A DNA stretch of 64,000 nucleotides from Eledone cirrhosa. Its lineage: Eukaryota. Positions 26,620-40,635 of this stretch are shown in pieces; the stretch's first letter is position 1; every line of letters begins with the position of its first letter. The stretch is from positions 187,922,001 to 187,986,000 of the forward strand of contig OZ024743.1 in assembly GCA_964016885.1 (NCBI GenBank), in the 5' to 3' direction. The notes below the pieces were generated by a model. That model worked only from the letters and a program-made list of their open reading frames with translations, ran no database searches and was not told the DNA's origin. Position numbers and translations under genes: made by a program.

Positions 26620-27517
26620 CCCTTCAACTTCCGCGCTTTCACTTTTCTCTTATCGCCATCCTCATCGTCGTTTCACGCAATTATTATTATTATTACTACT
26701 ACTACACGCCGAACACAGACTACTACTACTACTACTATTATTAATATTATTACCAAAGACAATAATAATAATAATTCCACATATAAGGTAGTACCAGAAT
26801 AAATATTGGACTGATAATACAGCAGTCTTTTGAGCTTCAAGTCCCTTTCAGAGAATGTCACCATGAAACCTTGTTACAGAGATACCGCCTACAGAAGATA
26901 AACTTCATCCAGGAGAATTAAATATTGAACCAGTAATTACAGAGGAAACTCATACTCAAAAAAGACCCCCAATGAGAATAGTGTGGCGGAATCTCATATT
27001 GATGACGGTTTTACAGCTCTCAGCCTTATATAATCTTAGCTTGTTACCAGTGGCTCATTTTTACACGCTAATATGGAGTTTATGTGTTTACATGTATGCA
27101 CGTATTGGTATTACAGCTGGTTCACACCGTTTGTGGGCACACCGTGCTTATAAAGCCAAATTGCCAATGAGGTCTCTGCTAGCTTCCATGCAATCAACTG
27201 CATTCCAGAATGACATTTACGACTGGAGCCAAGACCACAGAGTCCACCATAAGTATTCAGAGACTGATGCTGACCCTCACAATGCTAAACGAGGATTCTT
27301 CTTCTCTGGCTGGTGACTTGTATGCAGACACCCTGATGTTACAGCCAAAGGTAAATTACTGGATACCAGTGACCTGTTAAATGATCCTGTTGTTCACTTT
27401 CAAAGGAAATATTATGCTGTGTCAGTTATCCCTACACTGGTTCCTTATATTTTCTGGAATGAGAGCCTGTGGAATGCTTACTTCCTAGCGGGTATCCTGT
27501 GTTACTGCCACCTGGCG
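26620..27517 (+). pseudogene. scd: Processed pseudogene of stearoyl-CoA (delta-9) desaturase, with apparent 5' UTR, 3'-truncated
   Basis: ATG at 26855 (MSP*NLVTE..RPPMRIVWRN), His boxes HRLWAH and HRVHH, SETDADPHNAKRGFFFS, HPDV..DPVVHFQRKYY; intronless; stops at 26864 and 27314 plus small deletions. Confidence 0.92.
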
Positions 27518-27558
27518 TAGGTAGGTAACTAATTAAGGTTTAACTAGAACTTCAAATA

Positions 27559-28040
27559 TATCATCATCAGGTCAAGCTTGCTCGGCTTTCTACGACACGT
27601 TTCCTCCATCCATCTCTGTCTCTCATAGCGTTTGCCAGTTCTTCCGCAGTGCATCCAGTATCGTCCTCAAGTTGCTTGACGTATGTCTTCTTGGGACGAC
27701 CAGCGTTTCTTGCTCCATGAGATGGACTCCATAACAACACACCACCTGCTATTTCTGCCTTGCTGCGCCAACAGTGGCCAGCAAATCTGAGTCTCTGTCC
27801 ACGTATTGACCTGCTGATAGGTGGTATATTGCCATAGAGAACCTTATTTGTTGGGTGTTCCCTCCAAAACACGTTTAAAGCAGCATGGAGCATATGTGTG
27901 TATGCCCCGTCTAGCTTTTTCTCCAGTTTCGACGTTAGCATCCAAGTGATAGAGCCATAAACAAGCACAGATTCCACAGCAGCTCTGAAGAAATTCCTTT
28001 TCAGTTTGGCCGACAGGTTTGATTTTCATATCTTTTCCAT
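27559..28040 (-). mobile_element. RTE LINE 3' fragment (distinct family)
   Basis: ESVLVYGSITW..RLRFAGHCWR..GRPKKTY..RDGWR, (GAT)n tail. Confidence 0.9.
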
Positions 28041-28845
28041 GCAAATTGGGCTACTCACCCATTAATATGCATAAGGTAAGTATATACGTTCAACAATCTG
28101 GCAGGAAGGTATACGTTGCTGACGATAGCTAATAAGCTTGAAACTAGTACAACATTCCTTTGTCAGTGTTGAACAAACGAGCAACTATGGTTGCTAGACA
28201 CTACGGTTTAATACGGGATGTTTGTTTACAAACACACCGAGCATTATAATAAATGTTCAGTGAATCCATACGTACATATATATATGTGTGCATGTATGTA
28301 TATATATATATACATACTATTGTACGTCTGTATACATGTATGTATGTACGTGTACATACTTATATTTAAGTAACAACCGTACTAAGAGTGGGAAATGAAA
28401 TTTCGTTTCATTTTTTCCGTTTATCGTTTTTGGTGCACCCGGCCGATTAACCCACTCTATATGCAAATTGGGCTACTCAGACGTTAATATGCATTAGGTA
28501 AGTATATACGTTCAACAATCTGGCAGGAAGGTATACGTTGCTGACGATAGCTAATAAGCTTGAAACTAGTACAGCGTTCCTTTGTCAGTGTTGAACAAAC
28601 GAGCAACGATGGTTGCTAGACACTACGTCTTAATATGGGATGTTTGTTTACAAACACACCGAGCATTATAATAAATATTCGGTGAATCCATACGTACATA
28701 TATATATGTGTGCATGTATGTATATATATATATACATACTATTGTACGTCTGTATACATATATGTATGTACGTAGACATACTTATATTTAAGTAACAGCC
28801 GTACTAAGAGTGAGAAATGAAATTTCGTTTCATTTTTTCCGTTTA
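28039..28845. repeat. Tandem direct duplication, period about 422 bp
   Basis: ATGCAAATTGGGCTACTCA..TTTTTTCCGTTTAT at 28039-28425 and 28461-28846, highly similar. Confidence 0.95.
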
Positions 28846-29774
28846 TATATATATATATATATATATTTGAATAAAAGGAAAAGAATGACTTCACTTGTAG
28901 TTCTAAACAAATTGATATATATATAATATGACACATAGTTGAGATCTTTGGCTGTAAAGTGGTCATGTAGGAGTCACAACAAAAAGTACCAAGCACACAC
29001 TGTAAATGTGGTCGGTGTGAAGATCATCCAACTGTAGGAATCTAACCAGAAACAGTTCTATATGAGCAAGCCATGGTTACCTGACCCAACTTTCCTTAAA
29101 TGGGATAACCTGTCTAACACATGCTAGCGTGGATGATGGACGTTAAATGATGAGGATGTATGTATGTATGTTTGTGTGTGTATGTATATAATCAACTTTT
29201 TACATCCGTCTTACATGCTTGCTGGGATTGGATGGTCGTTTGAAACACACCACTCCTCCACTTATTTTCAATATATATATAATAATTAATTAATTAACTA
29301 CCAGCATGAGTGTTGATTATATGGAAATTAGTGCATCCAGTTCAAAATACTTCTAAGAGACAATGGGTATATAAACCCATCAAATAGATGTTTTCTTGTG
29401 GTTGTTTAGATGGTATACATGCCTTCTGGTGAGGAGTGAGCTCATTGATTAAAGGTGTTTATCATTTTTTCAATTTACAGGGAAATTCATATTTTCTGGC
29501 ATGTTTATGTATTAAAATTGCATATATTTATATACACACTGGTCTCAATTATTCTCTGTATACATACAAATATAATCTTATTGTACACTTCAGCTACTTA
29601 GTGCACATCTTAACACACACATGTATATATATACATATATATATGTGGATTTTAATGTATTAATATATTGTTCTATTGAGTGCTTTGTGATTGACTCAAA
29701 CAACTTGATTAGTACCTGCAATATGGCAGCTACAACTTCGTTTCATACCTAAAATAATATATATATATGAAAGA

Positions 29775-29848
29775 TATTTCAACTGATGAATGAAACAGAC
29801 GTTTCTGTTAGAATCGTCTAACTTCGTGAAACCTTGGGTAATGGAATA
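29775..29848 (+). ncRNA. Type I hammerhead ribozyme-like motif
   Basis: TATTTCA(A)-CTGATGA-ATGAA..TTCGT-GAAA-CC-TTG-GG-TA-(A)TGGAATA; one mismatch at the base of stem I. Confidence 0.5.
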
Positions 29849-30054
29849 ATTATATTGTGTTGTTTATTACATAATAAAAAAATATATATATATTTAATTA
29901 GAAAGTGAACAACACAACTGTCTAGGGCCCTGAAACCTTTGGTAATGGAGTAGTTATATATTGTGTTGTTCACTTTCTAATTAAATAGCTCTGTTCTATA
30001 CATAGAGCACTCTTTTTTCCTTTGCTTTTTCTTCGGACTTACTTAACACACACG

Positions 30055-30086
<32 letters not shown>

Positions 30087-30165
30087 GCCGTCTAACCCAT
30101 GCTAGCGTGGAAGAACGGACGTAAAACGGTGATGATGATGATGATGATGATATATATATATATAT

Positions 30166-30536
30166 GGAGGCACATGGTTTAGTGCAATCGAAAGGTTGTG
30201 AGTTGAATTCTCAGACCGGGTGATGTGTTGTGTCCTTGAACAAGATACTTTATTTCACATTGCTCCAGTTTACTCAGCTGTAGAAATGAGATGATATGGA
30301 CTGGGTTCCCTATCATTCCACTGCAAAGTGGTCGTGTAGGTGACATGGCAAAAAAGCACCTAGCCCACACTGTAAAATGGACGTGTAGGTGCCATGGAAA
30401 AAAAGCACCCAGGATGCACTGTAAATGAGGTTGGTGTTAGGAAGGGCATCCAGCTGTAGAAATCAAGCCAGAATCAGTTCCCGTCCCACCCTTGCAAGCA
30501 GGGAAAAGCGGACGTAAAAGGATGATGATGATGATG
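30166..30536 (+). mobile_element. SINE family B copy
   Basis: Same as 10867 with a small head deletion. Confidence 0.9.
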
Positions 30537-30699
30537 TGTGTGTGTGTAACGCTATGTATGTATATGCATAGATGTATATAAAAAAATATAAAGTAAATAT
30601 TTGTTTTATATTTCCTTATATATGTATATTTGAATCATCATCATGATCATTATCATTTTGATTGTTTCTTTTCTATTCATACAGGCATGAATTTTTACA

Positions 30700-31330
30700 A
30701 CATCTCTTCTGACAAAGATTGTCAATACAGGTTTTCAAATGAACAGCATTTCACACAGTGAAAAACAGCATACATATTTGGACAGTAATTCATGCATAGA
30801 CAATTAGCAAGTTTCAAAGATCAATATACAACAATAATAAAAATTAGGTCTACATAAATATGTTAGTAGAAAAAATATGCATATCTTCATGTTTGTACAA
30901 GTCAATTGAATAATTCATATATTGTGTAAATAGTGTTATTAACATACATGACCTGATAGAAATAAATAATGCCATTTGATGTTTCATTAAGAAAAATGTC
31001 TCTCATATTGGGATTGTCAGAAAGATAATTTTGTTCAAAGGGAGCAAGAATGAACTGCTGCTCAAAAGATATTCTTTTGAAACAAATACCAAGAGCCATA
31101 TTGCTCAAAGGTGTTAGGTGGCAAGTGAAGGAGCTGATGTGAAGATATAGTCTCCCATTATGCTTAAATATACCAAAAATGGCTGACAGAATAAGGGATT
31201 CTGATTGGTCAAATAAAACTAACTTCACATGGCTGCCCGATTTTTCCAACATTATTCCATTTACTGCAGTATTCAGTAATCTGGCACATAGAGCACAAAA
31301 AGACAAAAAAAAAAAAACGTCTTTGTTGCT
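30700..31330 (-). pseudogene. Possible decayed SET/MYND (SMYD-like) gene fragment
   Basis: LCSMCQITEYCSK..CWKN (MYND-like), YQVMYVNNTIYTIYEL and CMNYCPNMYAVF (NHSCxPN-like) across frameshifts. Confidence 0.3.
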
Positions 31331-31464
31331 ATATATAAATCATGAATCTTTTGGCATAGATTTTGGCTAGATTCCCTTCCTATCACCAGTCAATTTCTAG
31401 CATGGACTGAGTGCATTTCATTGTGACTCCAGAACTAAATATGTTATTATGGAAATAAATATAT

Positions 31465-33600
31465 TTATATGAATATTAAAAGAAAGTGTTGCTGGTAAAT
31501 CGTTTTTCGCAAGTTAGAAAATGAAGAACACGGGAAGTCTCCGCTGCTACAGGCTCTACTACAAAGCTATATGAGAGTGGCTGATACTTGGAATGTTTGA
31601 TCTCCTTGGCTTGATGGGCAGCAGAGCCTGGGCTGCTAGCCAAACGCACCAGATCGCTACATTAGTAGGTGACACAGCATGTGGCATTCCAAATGAGGGG
31701 CTTAGCCTCAGGAAATGGGAAGATTGTCATGCTGTCGGGCATTTTGTCATCCCCTCAATCCAGCCCTACTGGCTTGAACTGCGAAGGGAAGCCTGTGCCA
31801 TACAGGCCATGCTTTAATATCTCATTGAGAGCAGCACAGTGTGGGAGGTCGCCAGCACTGTAATGGCATGACAGTGGGTGGAGTATGAAATGATCCACAG
31901 TGGTACTGCAGCAGGATTTGTGAGGCTCAAAAACACGGAGGCTGGGCCTCAGTGAGACATCAATGTGCAAGCAATCACTGTCCAGCTTAGTGCCAGTCAT
32001 GTGTGAGGGAACTGTATTAAGCCAGGCACCACTGTGGTGTCAGGTAGCTGAGCAGAAACATACCAACCCATCTGAAACCACATTGCAGAGGATGACGTCC
32101 CATTTCCTCAATTTCTTTCGAGACTGGACATCTATTTAGGGAAGAAGGAGGTGGACATTGACAGGATAGAGGCCGAGCTGGTTCCATGTCACTTTGGCAA
32201 TCTCAGAAGTTTCAGTTGTGTTGAAAAGAATCCTTTTGATGAGGACATGGCAGGAGGTCATCAATGAAAGGAAAGCAGGCAGGGCTAGTGGGACATGAGA
32301 CTGTAGCCCAAGTCTGCCATATCTGGTAAGGTGGCCTGCTGCAATCTGGTGTCATCATACCAGATGCTTTATATCTCCTCAGCTGCCCGTTGGATGCAGG
32401 CATTGAGATCAGCAAGGAGAGTTGTTTGACTGTAGGAAGGGGCACTGTGGAAGGAGTATAAGAACTTTAGCATGGGGAAGCAGTTCTTCAATAAGAAGTG
32501 TGCGGGGTGGATGCCAGAGCAGAAATAACCAATTGGAGATCCTGACAGATGCTCCCTGTGGGCCCATCAATTGGTGCATCAGCCAAATACGAGACATTGA
32601 GAGAAACAGTGATGATCCATGCAACACTGTCCACCCCGAGAGCAAAGAGGAGGGGGCCCAAGGAATCAGTGTATTGGACACCAGTTGAGGATGGTATGAT
32701 CTTGGCAGCAGCGTGGTGCATTCTCAGAGACCCGTATGACAGGTAGCCCATTGGTTAGGTGGATGAGGCATGGCTGAGGCAAGCCTCGAACATGTGGTCA
32801 TGACAAAGACAGTTGAAGATGTTTCTCATGTCAAGCTTAATGATGAGATACTGGGCCACACTTGGCACTGGCTCGGGAAAACAATTTTTAATGAACTGTC
32901 TAGTGGCCAGGCAGCTCTCTTGCACCCGCTAGCCACACTGACCCCCATCTGCACCAGGCTAAGTTCCTTGCCTAGATCAGGTGTAGTAGACTTGCAGATG
33001 ATTTTGACTGCCAGCCTCCAGAAGTTGTTGCCTACTGCAATAGGAAGTATTCCACTATCTTTCTTCCTGAGAGTGGTGAGGTGGGTCAAAAAAGAAAGAC
33101 CTCAAGAATAAGGGTCCAGGGTGCCATGAATGACTGTTGATGAGGGCCATGATGGCACTCAGTAGGTGGTACCCGGTTTCAGCAGTGAGGAAGGACACCA
33201 AGCTTTTGAGGTAGCCGAGTCGGAGACAATTGGCACCTCCACTGCTGCTGGCAAGGAAAGACCACATAAAGAGGTTGAGGGTCAGGTGGGAGTATGTGTC
33301 TGAGGTCTGTAGGTGGATCAGACAAGACATCTTTGGTGGGGTAGAGGATGGTGTTGTCAGAGGTGACAACTTTAACGCCAGCCAAAGCATCATCCTTGAT
33401 AAGTTTGGTCTTTACGCAGTCATGAAAACGCTTTGGGCTAGCATCAGGGGTGGAGAACTGCAGGTACATGAATGTTGGAATACTGTTTAGCAATGTGTGT
33501 GTTGATATGTCATTCGAGTTGGGGCACTGATTGGCATCTTGAAAGTGGATGGGGGATGGGTTTGTTATGCTGGTTTAGTGATGGCTGCGAGTTTGTGAAA
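31465..33600 (-). mobile_element. CRE-clade-like non-LTR retrotransposon (RT and restriction-like endonuclease), decayed
   Basis: GILPIAVGNNFWRLAVKI..QMGVSVASGC, SSTGVQYTDSLGPLLFAL, SYLAD, GAWLNTVP, HCAALNEIL, MPDSMTIFPF..LIWNATC. Confidence 0.85.
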
Positions 33601-33889
33601 GGGCAAGGTTTTGATTAGTGTAGAAATGGACATCATGTTTGTATGTGTGTGTGAAGAAGAAAGAAGAAAAGAAAAAAGTGGGTAGGAGAAATTGAAGTGT
33701 ACAAGAATGTAATTTAAAGGCCAGCTTGACACGATTCATCACACTGATTCTGCCTGAGAAATACGTCATAAACACATGAATGTGTGAAAGGCTCAGTCAT
33801 ATACATGTCAGTTTCATTGACAGAATTAAACACTGTCTTCTCATTTATATTTTGCATTTCAACTCTGCCAGATGGATTGCTTGTTCTGT

Positions 33890-34039
33890 AGCTTAAATGC
33901 ATTGAGTGCCTTTTCACTTAATGTCTTTATGAATGATTATGCAAAAAACACACATACCAATATATATAGTGATATGTGTGCTTCTTGTATAATCATTCAT
34001 AAAGGCATTAACTGAAAAGTCACTCAATACATATAAGTA
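33890..34039. repeat. Imperfect palindrome, arms about 70 bp
   Basis: ATTGAGTGCCTTTTCACTTAATGTCTTTATGAATGATTATGCAA versus TTGTATAATCATTCATAAAGGCATTAACTGAAAAGTCACTCAAT around a TATATA centre. Confidence 0.85.
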
Positions 34040-34285
34040 GGATATAGAGTATATTTTAACAAGGAAAAGCTGCATAGTGTCTTTGAAGTTTCAGCTGTGA
34101 TATATATGTTAGTCTATCTTTATATCTTCATATTTAAAGATATACTCTGTAAAAAAAATTCAAATTCAGAAATGTTCTGTGTAATAGTATTAGAATGTAT
34201 ATATTAGCTGTAATGTATAGTAGAATGCATCGAGGATGATTGGAAAATAAATTCAATAATGGAACTATAACATGGAAATGAAGAC

Positions 34286-34361
34286 GAAGAAGAAGAAGAA
34301 GAAGAAGAAGAAGAAGAAGAAGAAGAAGAAGAAGAAGAAGAAGAAGAAGAAGAAGAAGAAG
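34286..34361. repeat. (GAA)n microsatellite
   Basis: Direct inspection. Confidence 0.97.
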
Positions 34362-35052
34362 ATCAGTTAGAAGATGATGGTGATGATATATTAGCAATGG
34401 CAGAGTGAGTGATGTATTAAACGAAAGAAAGTGTAACTTTAGTTGTTTTCTTTCTTCATACAGATGAACAGATAATTGTATGTAGAATGATAAATAAAAA
34501 TGGCATCATTGCTACACTGGAATGAAGACAATAACTAAAGCAAAGAAAGTAATATATATAACAAAATTAAAACAATAATGACTACATTAACAACAACAGA
34601 AACTTCAAGCTATAAAATATGCCAATTGCAACTTAGAGAAAAATCCGTCAATCCCTTAAAATTGCAATAAATTGATAAATAAATAAGCTATATGTTAAAT
34701 ACATAAATAAAAAGGAAACCAAAAGGTTATATGTTGAATTGTTTCAAATTTTAGTTTTTATTTTTCTTGCATTTTTTCTTCTTCCTTCAATTCAATCGTG
34801 AACAAATTTCTCAGAAGTAGTCCAGATTTCTTCTCAAAGAAAATGAAGAAATAATACACAAGTAATTCTATCACCATCATCATGAAATTTGCACTTTTTT
34901 TATATTATATGGTTGCTGTTGTTATTGTTGTGTTTATTATTGTTTATGTTGTTATTGTTGTTGTTTTGTTGTTGTTACTATTTTTGTTCTTGTTTCTGCT
35001 GCTTATTTTATCACAACTCGATTATAGATTCTATCCATGCATTCATTCCCAC

Positions 35053-35056
<4 letters not shown>

Positions 35057-35128
<72 letters not shown>

Positions 35129-35180
35129 ACACACACACACTCACTCACTTACACACACACTCACTTAGACACACACACAT
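35057..35180. repeat. (CA)n microsatellite
   Basis: Direct inspection. Confidence 0.97.
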
Positions 35181-37559
35181 ACTGCAGTAGTTCTATGCAT
35201 GTATTGTGCAAAACAACATCAACCAATTTACATGGCACCAAGAATGATTACACAAATGAAACTATTTATCAAAAGGTTTTGGTAAAACGATATATAGAAA
35301 TAAAATAGAGAAAAATAAAGGAAGCTATGAACACAAAGAAGAACAAGAAGAAGAAAAGCAACAACTGCACCAATAAAAATCACAACAGTAAAATTTAAAC
35401 AAATATTCAAGAGAAAATTTTCATTTATTTCATCATAGCCCAAATTCTTCTTTACTCAAAGTTTGAGATTTTACAATACTTAGTGTTATAGACATTTAAC
35501 CAATAGATGGCATACTTCAGATAATTAGGAACATTCCCTTACAACTTTCCCATTGTTTCTTACTGATCTTATATTTTTCTAATCGATTTGTTTGATACTT
35601 ATATTAAACAACCCAATCATTTCTTCCCCTAGTATTTCTTCCTATTTACTCAAACAAATCTTACTGCTGTGACCTTTACTGCTGTTTTTGTTGTTGTTGG
35701 CTGTGTTGTAGCATTTATTTAGTCCCAGGCCATCTCTAATTCGGTTAACATTGTTGACCAAATGTATTCCAGCTATGACCCCATCATCTTTTATTTTCTC
35801 AAGACACTTAGGAATGCTTCTACAATGTTTCTTTTCTTTTTCAAGATGTTAGAATTTAAAGACGATGGATATTTGATTGCTATTTTTAGCAGATCAAGCC
35901 ATTCACCAGATACTCCCTTGTTTTGTTGTATGATGTAATGTGTGGTGATGTAGTGGGTAGTATGGTGTGGTGTGATTTCATATGGCATAGTGTGGAGTGA
36001 TGTTGTGTGATATTGTGTAATATGATGTAATAAGTTGTGATATAGTGTGTAGTATGGTGTGGTGTCACATGGAATAGTGCGATGTGATGTAGTATGTCAT
36101 TTGGTTTGAAGAAGTGTGTGGTGTGTGGTAAGGTGTGCTATGCTGTCATATAATATATTGTAGGGTCCTGTGTTACAGTATGGTGTAGTATAATGTAGTG
36201 CCTTGTAATTTTTGTGTAGACCAAAGTAATCAAGCATTCATTGAGCAGATAACCAGCTGAATGATGAAGTACAATCAATAAATCCATCCTCTCACTTATA
36301 CCATCTCACCATCTAAGCTGATATCCATACTCCTCTCTCTGCAGTGATGTATCATCTGATGCAGTTTAACATCCTGGACAGATTATACTTGCTTTTTTGG
36401 CTATGGTATGGTGCAATGTGTTGTGGTGTGGACTGTATGGGGTTGTGCTATTTTAGTTGTTTAGTTTCAGGTTAGCAATAATTGAGCAGACCTAATATCA
36501 AAAGGTGTTCCAGTAATATTTACTGCATTGTGTATCAGGGACGGCATGATCCAATATATACTTTTTTTAAATCGGTTGGGTGAGATCTGAGGAACGTTTA
36601 GCAGTTAGTTTTTGCAAGTCAAGTGACCACATAGAGGCTTCATCATGACATTGTGTAGAGAATAAATAAACATATAATAATGATTATTCTTTGAGTAGTG
36701 GATTGGTACATCTGAGAAAATACTTTGTAACATTTAATTGCAACTCATCATGTTCTGAGTTCAAATCCTACTGAGGTCAATTTTGCCTTTCATCTTTCCA
36801 AGGCCAATAAAATTAATTGCTGGCATTGTTCCTATATTAAAACTCATTATCATATTTTTATTGATAACAAAAACACATACATATATTACAATAAATGAAA
36901 AACTGCTTCACAGAACTTTTGACTGTCCTTGTGTTGGCGGAGAGTCCTTGGTTTGTTATTGACCTACCATGGATTAGCCATGGATGCTGATGATACTGAT
37001 GATCAGGTGATTCCTTTTCTTTCATTCTATACATTTTCAGAGATAGGACTGATGGTGCTATTGAAATAGCCATAGCAACAGCCATGGTCTTCAAATGGAG
37101 AAGGTTATTGTTCTTATTACTGCATTTGCAGAAACCCTTCTCCTTTGCTTTTCTGCTTCTGAGAACCATAGAGGTAGCACCTGAACCTTCTGCCTGATAT
37201 ATAATAACACACACACACACACAACCGCTTGTGTGCATAGCACGCACACATATATTGCTCTATATACAAAACAGATTTTTTCCATTTAAGATAAACACGA
37301 TCCATCATCCACATTTCTAAAAAAGTATATCATACGCAAAACGCCAGCATCAACAGTTTTTCAGGAGATGTCAATATGAATGGACCTGTTATTTTTCTTT
37401 AAAAATATTTTTTCCAATTTTACCCTGCCTGTCCCTTCAATCTTTCTAATTTCTTATTCTTCCTTCTGATGAAAGACTAGCGTCCTTCTTCCTGCTATTT
37501 CAAGTGTTTAACTAATATATTCCTGTTCCGTTTGAGTTGTTATTTCTGTTTACTTTTTA

Positions 37560-37925
37560 CATCATCATCATCATCATCATCAGGTTTAGCGTCCGTGTTC
37601 CACGCTTGCATGGGTTTGGACGGGGGTTTTCCCACTTGAGGCAAGAGTGGTTGTCTTGCTCGCATAGGACTGTCTGGCGGGTTTTCTACAGCTGGATGCC
37701 CTTCCTAACACCAACCACATTTACAGTGTGGGGCTGGGAGGTTTTTACCGTGTTGCCTACACGGCCACATTACAGCGTGGACTGTCTGGCGGGTTTTCTA
37801 CAGCTGGATGCCCTTCCTAACACCAACCACATTTACAGTGTGGGGCTGGGAGGTTTTTACCATGTTGCCTACACGGCCACATTTACAGCGTGGACTGTGT
37901 GTTTTTTTGTCGTGACACCTACACG
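37560..37925 (-). mobile_element. RTE 3' UTR fragment with internal duplication
   Basis: Reverse complement of the RTE 3' UTR seen at about 19130-19380 and 52575-52959. Confidence 0.85.
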
Positions 37926-38149
37926 ATATATAATTAGAAATAGAAGCTTTTGCCAGATTTTTGACTCCAAAAAATTGAAAAAGACCTTAGAGGATGCAGG
38001 GGGGCTGGCATGTGACTGTCAGTGATGGAGGGCACTGGTGGATCTGTTCAGCTCTAAATACGATGGTACCTCTGGGATCACTGACCTAGGATGACCTGTC
38101 CCACCGAGCAAGAGAGAAGAAGAAGAAGAAGACAGTACAAGATTTTGCT

Positions 38150-38835
38150 AAGTGCGCTGTGCACTACAAATTAACTACAATAATATCAGCAATGGAAAGA
38201 CTGATGGAAACATTTTCTTTGGTTTATTTGAATGATTGACTTCTTTACTTTCTTTACTTGTCTTGTTGAGTAGTTTACATGAACAGGGAACATTAATTGA
38301 AGGTTTATCTAAAGAATATTCCAGTTACTCTTAAATATTTTTCAATTGATAACTCTAGGGAGGAAACATTCAGTTTTATGACAAACCATAATCACCCTCA
38401 TAACAAATAATACAATGGTTTTGAGAGCGAGCTCTTTACGATGAAAAGTTTGGTAATATTTTATTGAAAATGCATGAATTTCAAGAGCATTTAAGATATA
38501 AGAATCTTTAGAACCTTTTAGAAATATTTATTTAATCTGAAAAGAGAATGATCTTTGTGAAACTGATATAGCTACACATTCAGGATTATTTGGAAGCAAC
38601 ATTAGAAATATATACAGAAACCCGAAGAACCTTAATGTTTATGAACCTCATCACTATATAAGATTGCATAATGTATATTTTATGTTTTAATGATTGTTTG
38701 AAGAGAATGCTTGAAAAATGTGAAGAGATTCTTTTCAAGTCAACGTGGGATGAGAAAAAGGAAATGATGTTTACTACAGTTGGTGAAAATATGTATAGGA
38801 TGAGGTCATCATTAAAGGATATGTTTCGATTTTTG
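38150..38835 (+). pseudogene. Decayed RNF213-like fragment (N-terminal stalk)
   Basis: Long coding-like stretch with stops; [23 protein letters not shown] resembles the RNF213 S.IF..FW segment that precedes the 14320 fragment. Confidence 0.35.
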
Positions 38836-38837
38836 TT

Positions 38838-39739
<902 letters not shown>

Positions 39740-39744
39740 ATATA

Positions 39745-40635
39745 CAGGGTGTGGACGATATTTGTTCGCAATTTTCAATTGCTAATTTTATGCAAATTTT
39801 TTTACTTCCGTTGTCACTCTTGTCTTCATAAAAACAGTGAATATATTTCCATTATTTATTTTCAGAATAATTGATTATGAATAATTTTGAACCTCCAAAG
39901 TTGTGGAAGAGACACGGAGTTCTTCTTGGAATCCACACCGGGAGGATAAATAAGGAAATTTCAGACTTTCTCAGCATCAGCAGGAGAATGGTGTCTCATC
40001 CAAAGACGTGCCCAGAGTCATTCAGACAAAGTTTCCAGCGACAACATTGGTCTTAGGTGTCGTCAGCAGTCAAGGTGATGTTATGCCACCTCACTTCTTC
40101 CCTGAGGGCCTCAACCTGAACACCGATGGCTACATCCGCGTTCTGAGCAAGGTAGTAAAGCCCTGGATCGACCAGGTAGCTGCAGGTAGGTCGTACATGT
40201 GGCAGCAAGACTCAGCGTCCTGCCATACCAGCCGAAAGACCCAAGCTTGGCTGTCAGAGAACTTCGTCGACCACACTTCACCCGACATCTGGCCTCTCTG
40301 CTCGCCTGATTGCAACACCCTTGACTTCTTTTTGTGGGGTGCAGTGGAACGAGACAGCAACAGATCTAGCTGCAATACGAAAGACGATCTGAAGGCCAGT
40401 ATCACAAGTGCCTTTAGGGGCCTAAGCCAGGGGGCAGTGACGAAGGCCTGTAGCCGGTTCCGATGCCGCTTTGAGGCCGTCATCAAAGCCAATCGCGGGT
40501 TCATCAAGTGAGATCGAAAGAACAAGTCATGAAGACAAACTGACCCAAGTTTGATAAATATATCTTAAAAAATAAAACTACTGTGTTACTTTTTCCTAGA
40601 CAGTAATCTTGCGAACAAATATCGTCCGCACCCTG
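39745..40635 (+). mobile_element. Tc1/mariner DD37D (maT) transposon, internally deleted (891 bp)
   Basis: TIRs CAGGGTGTGGACGATATTTGTTCGCAA / TTGCGAACAAATATCGTCCGCACCCTG, TA TSD; QQD-x37-D (WPLCSPDCNTLDFFLWG); most of the N-terminal half missing. Confidence 0.93.

Noticed and set aside
36858-37247. 129-aa minus-strand ORF after an acceptor-like AG
   Set aside because: No recognisable domain or partner exons; could be another decayed fragment but I cannot support it
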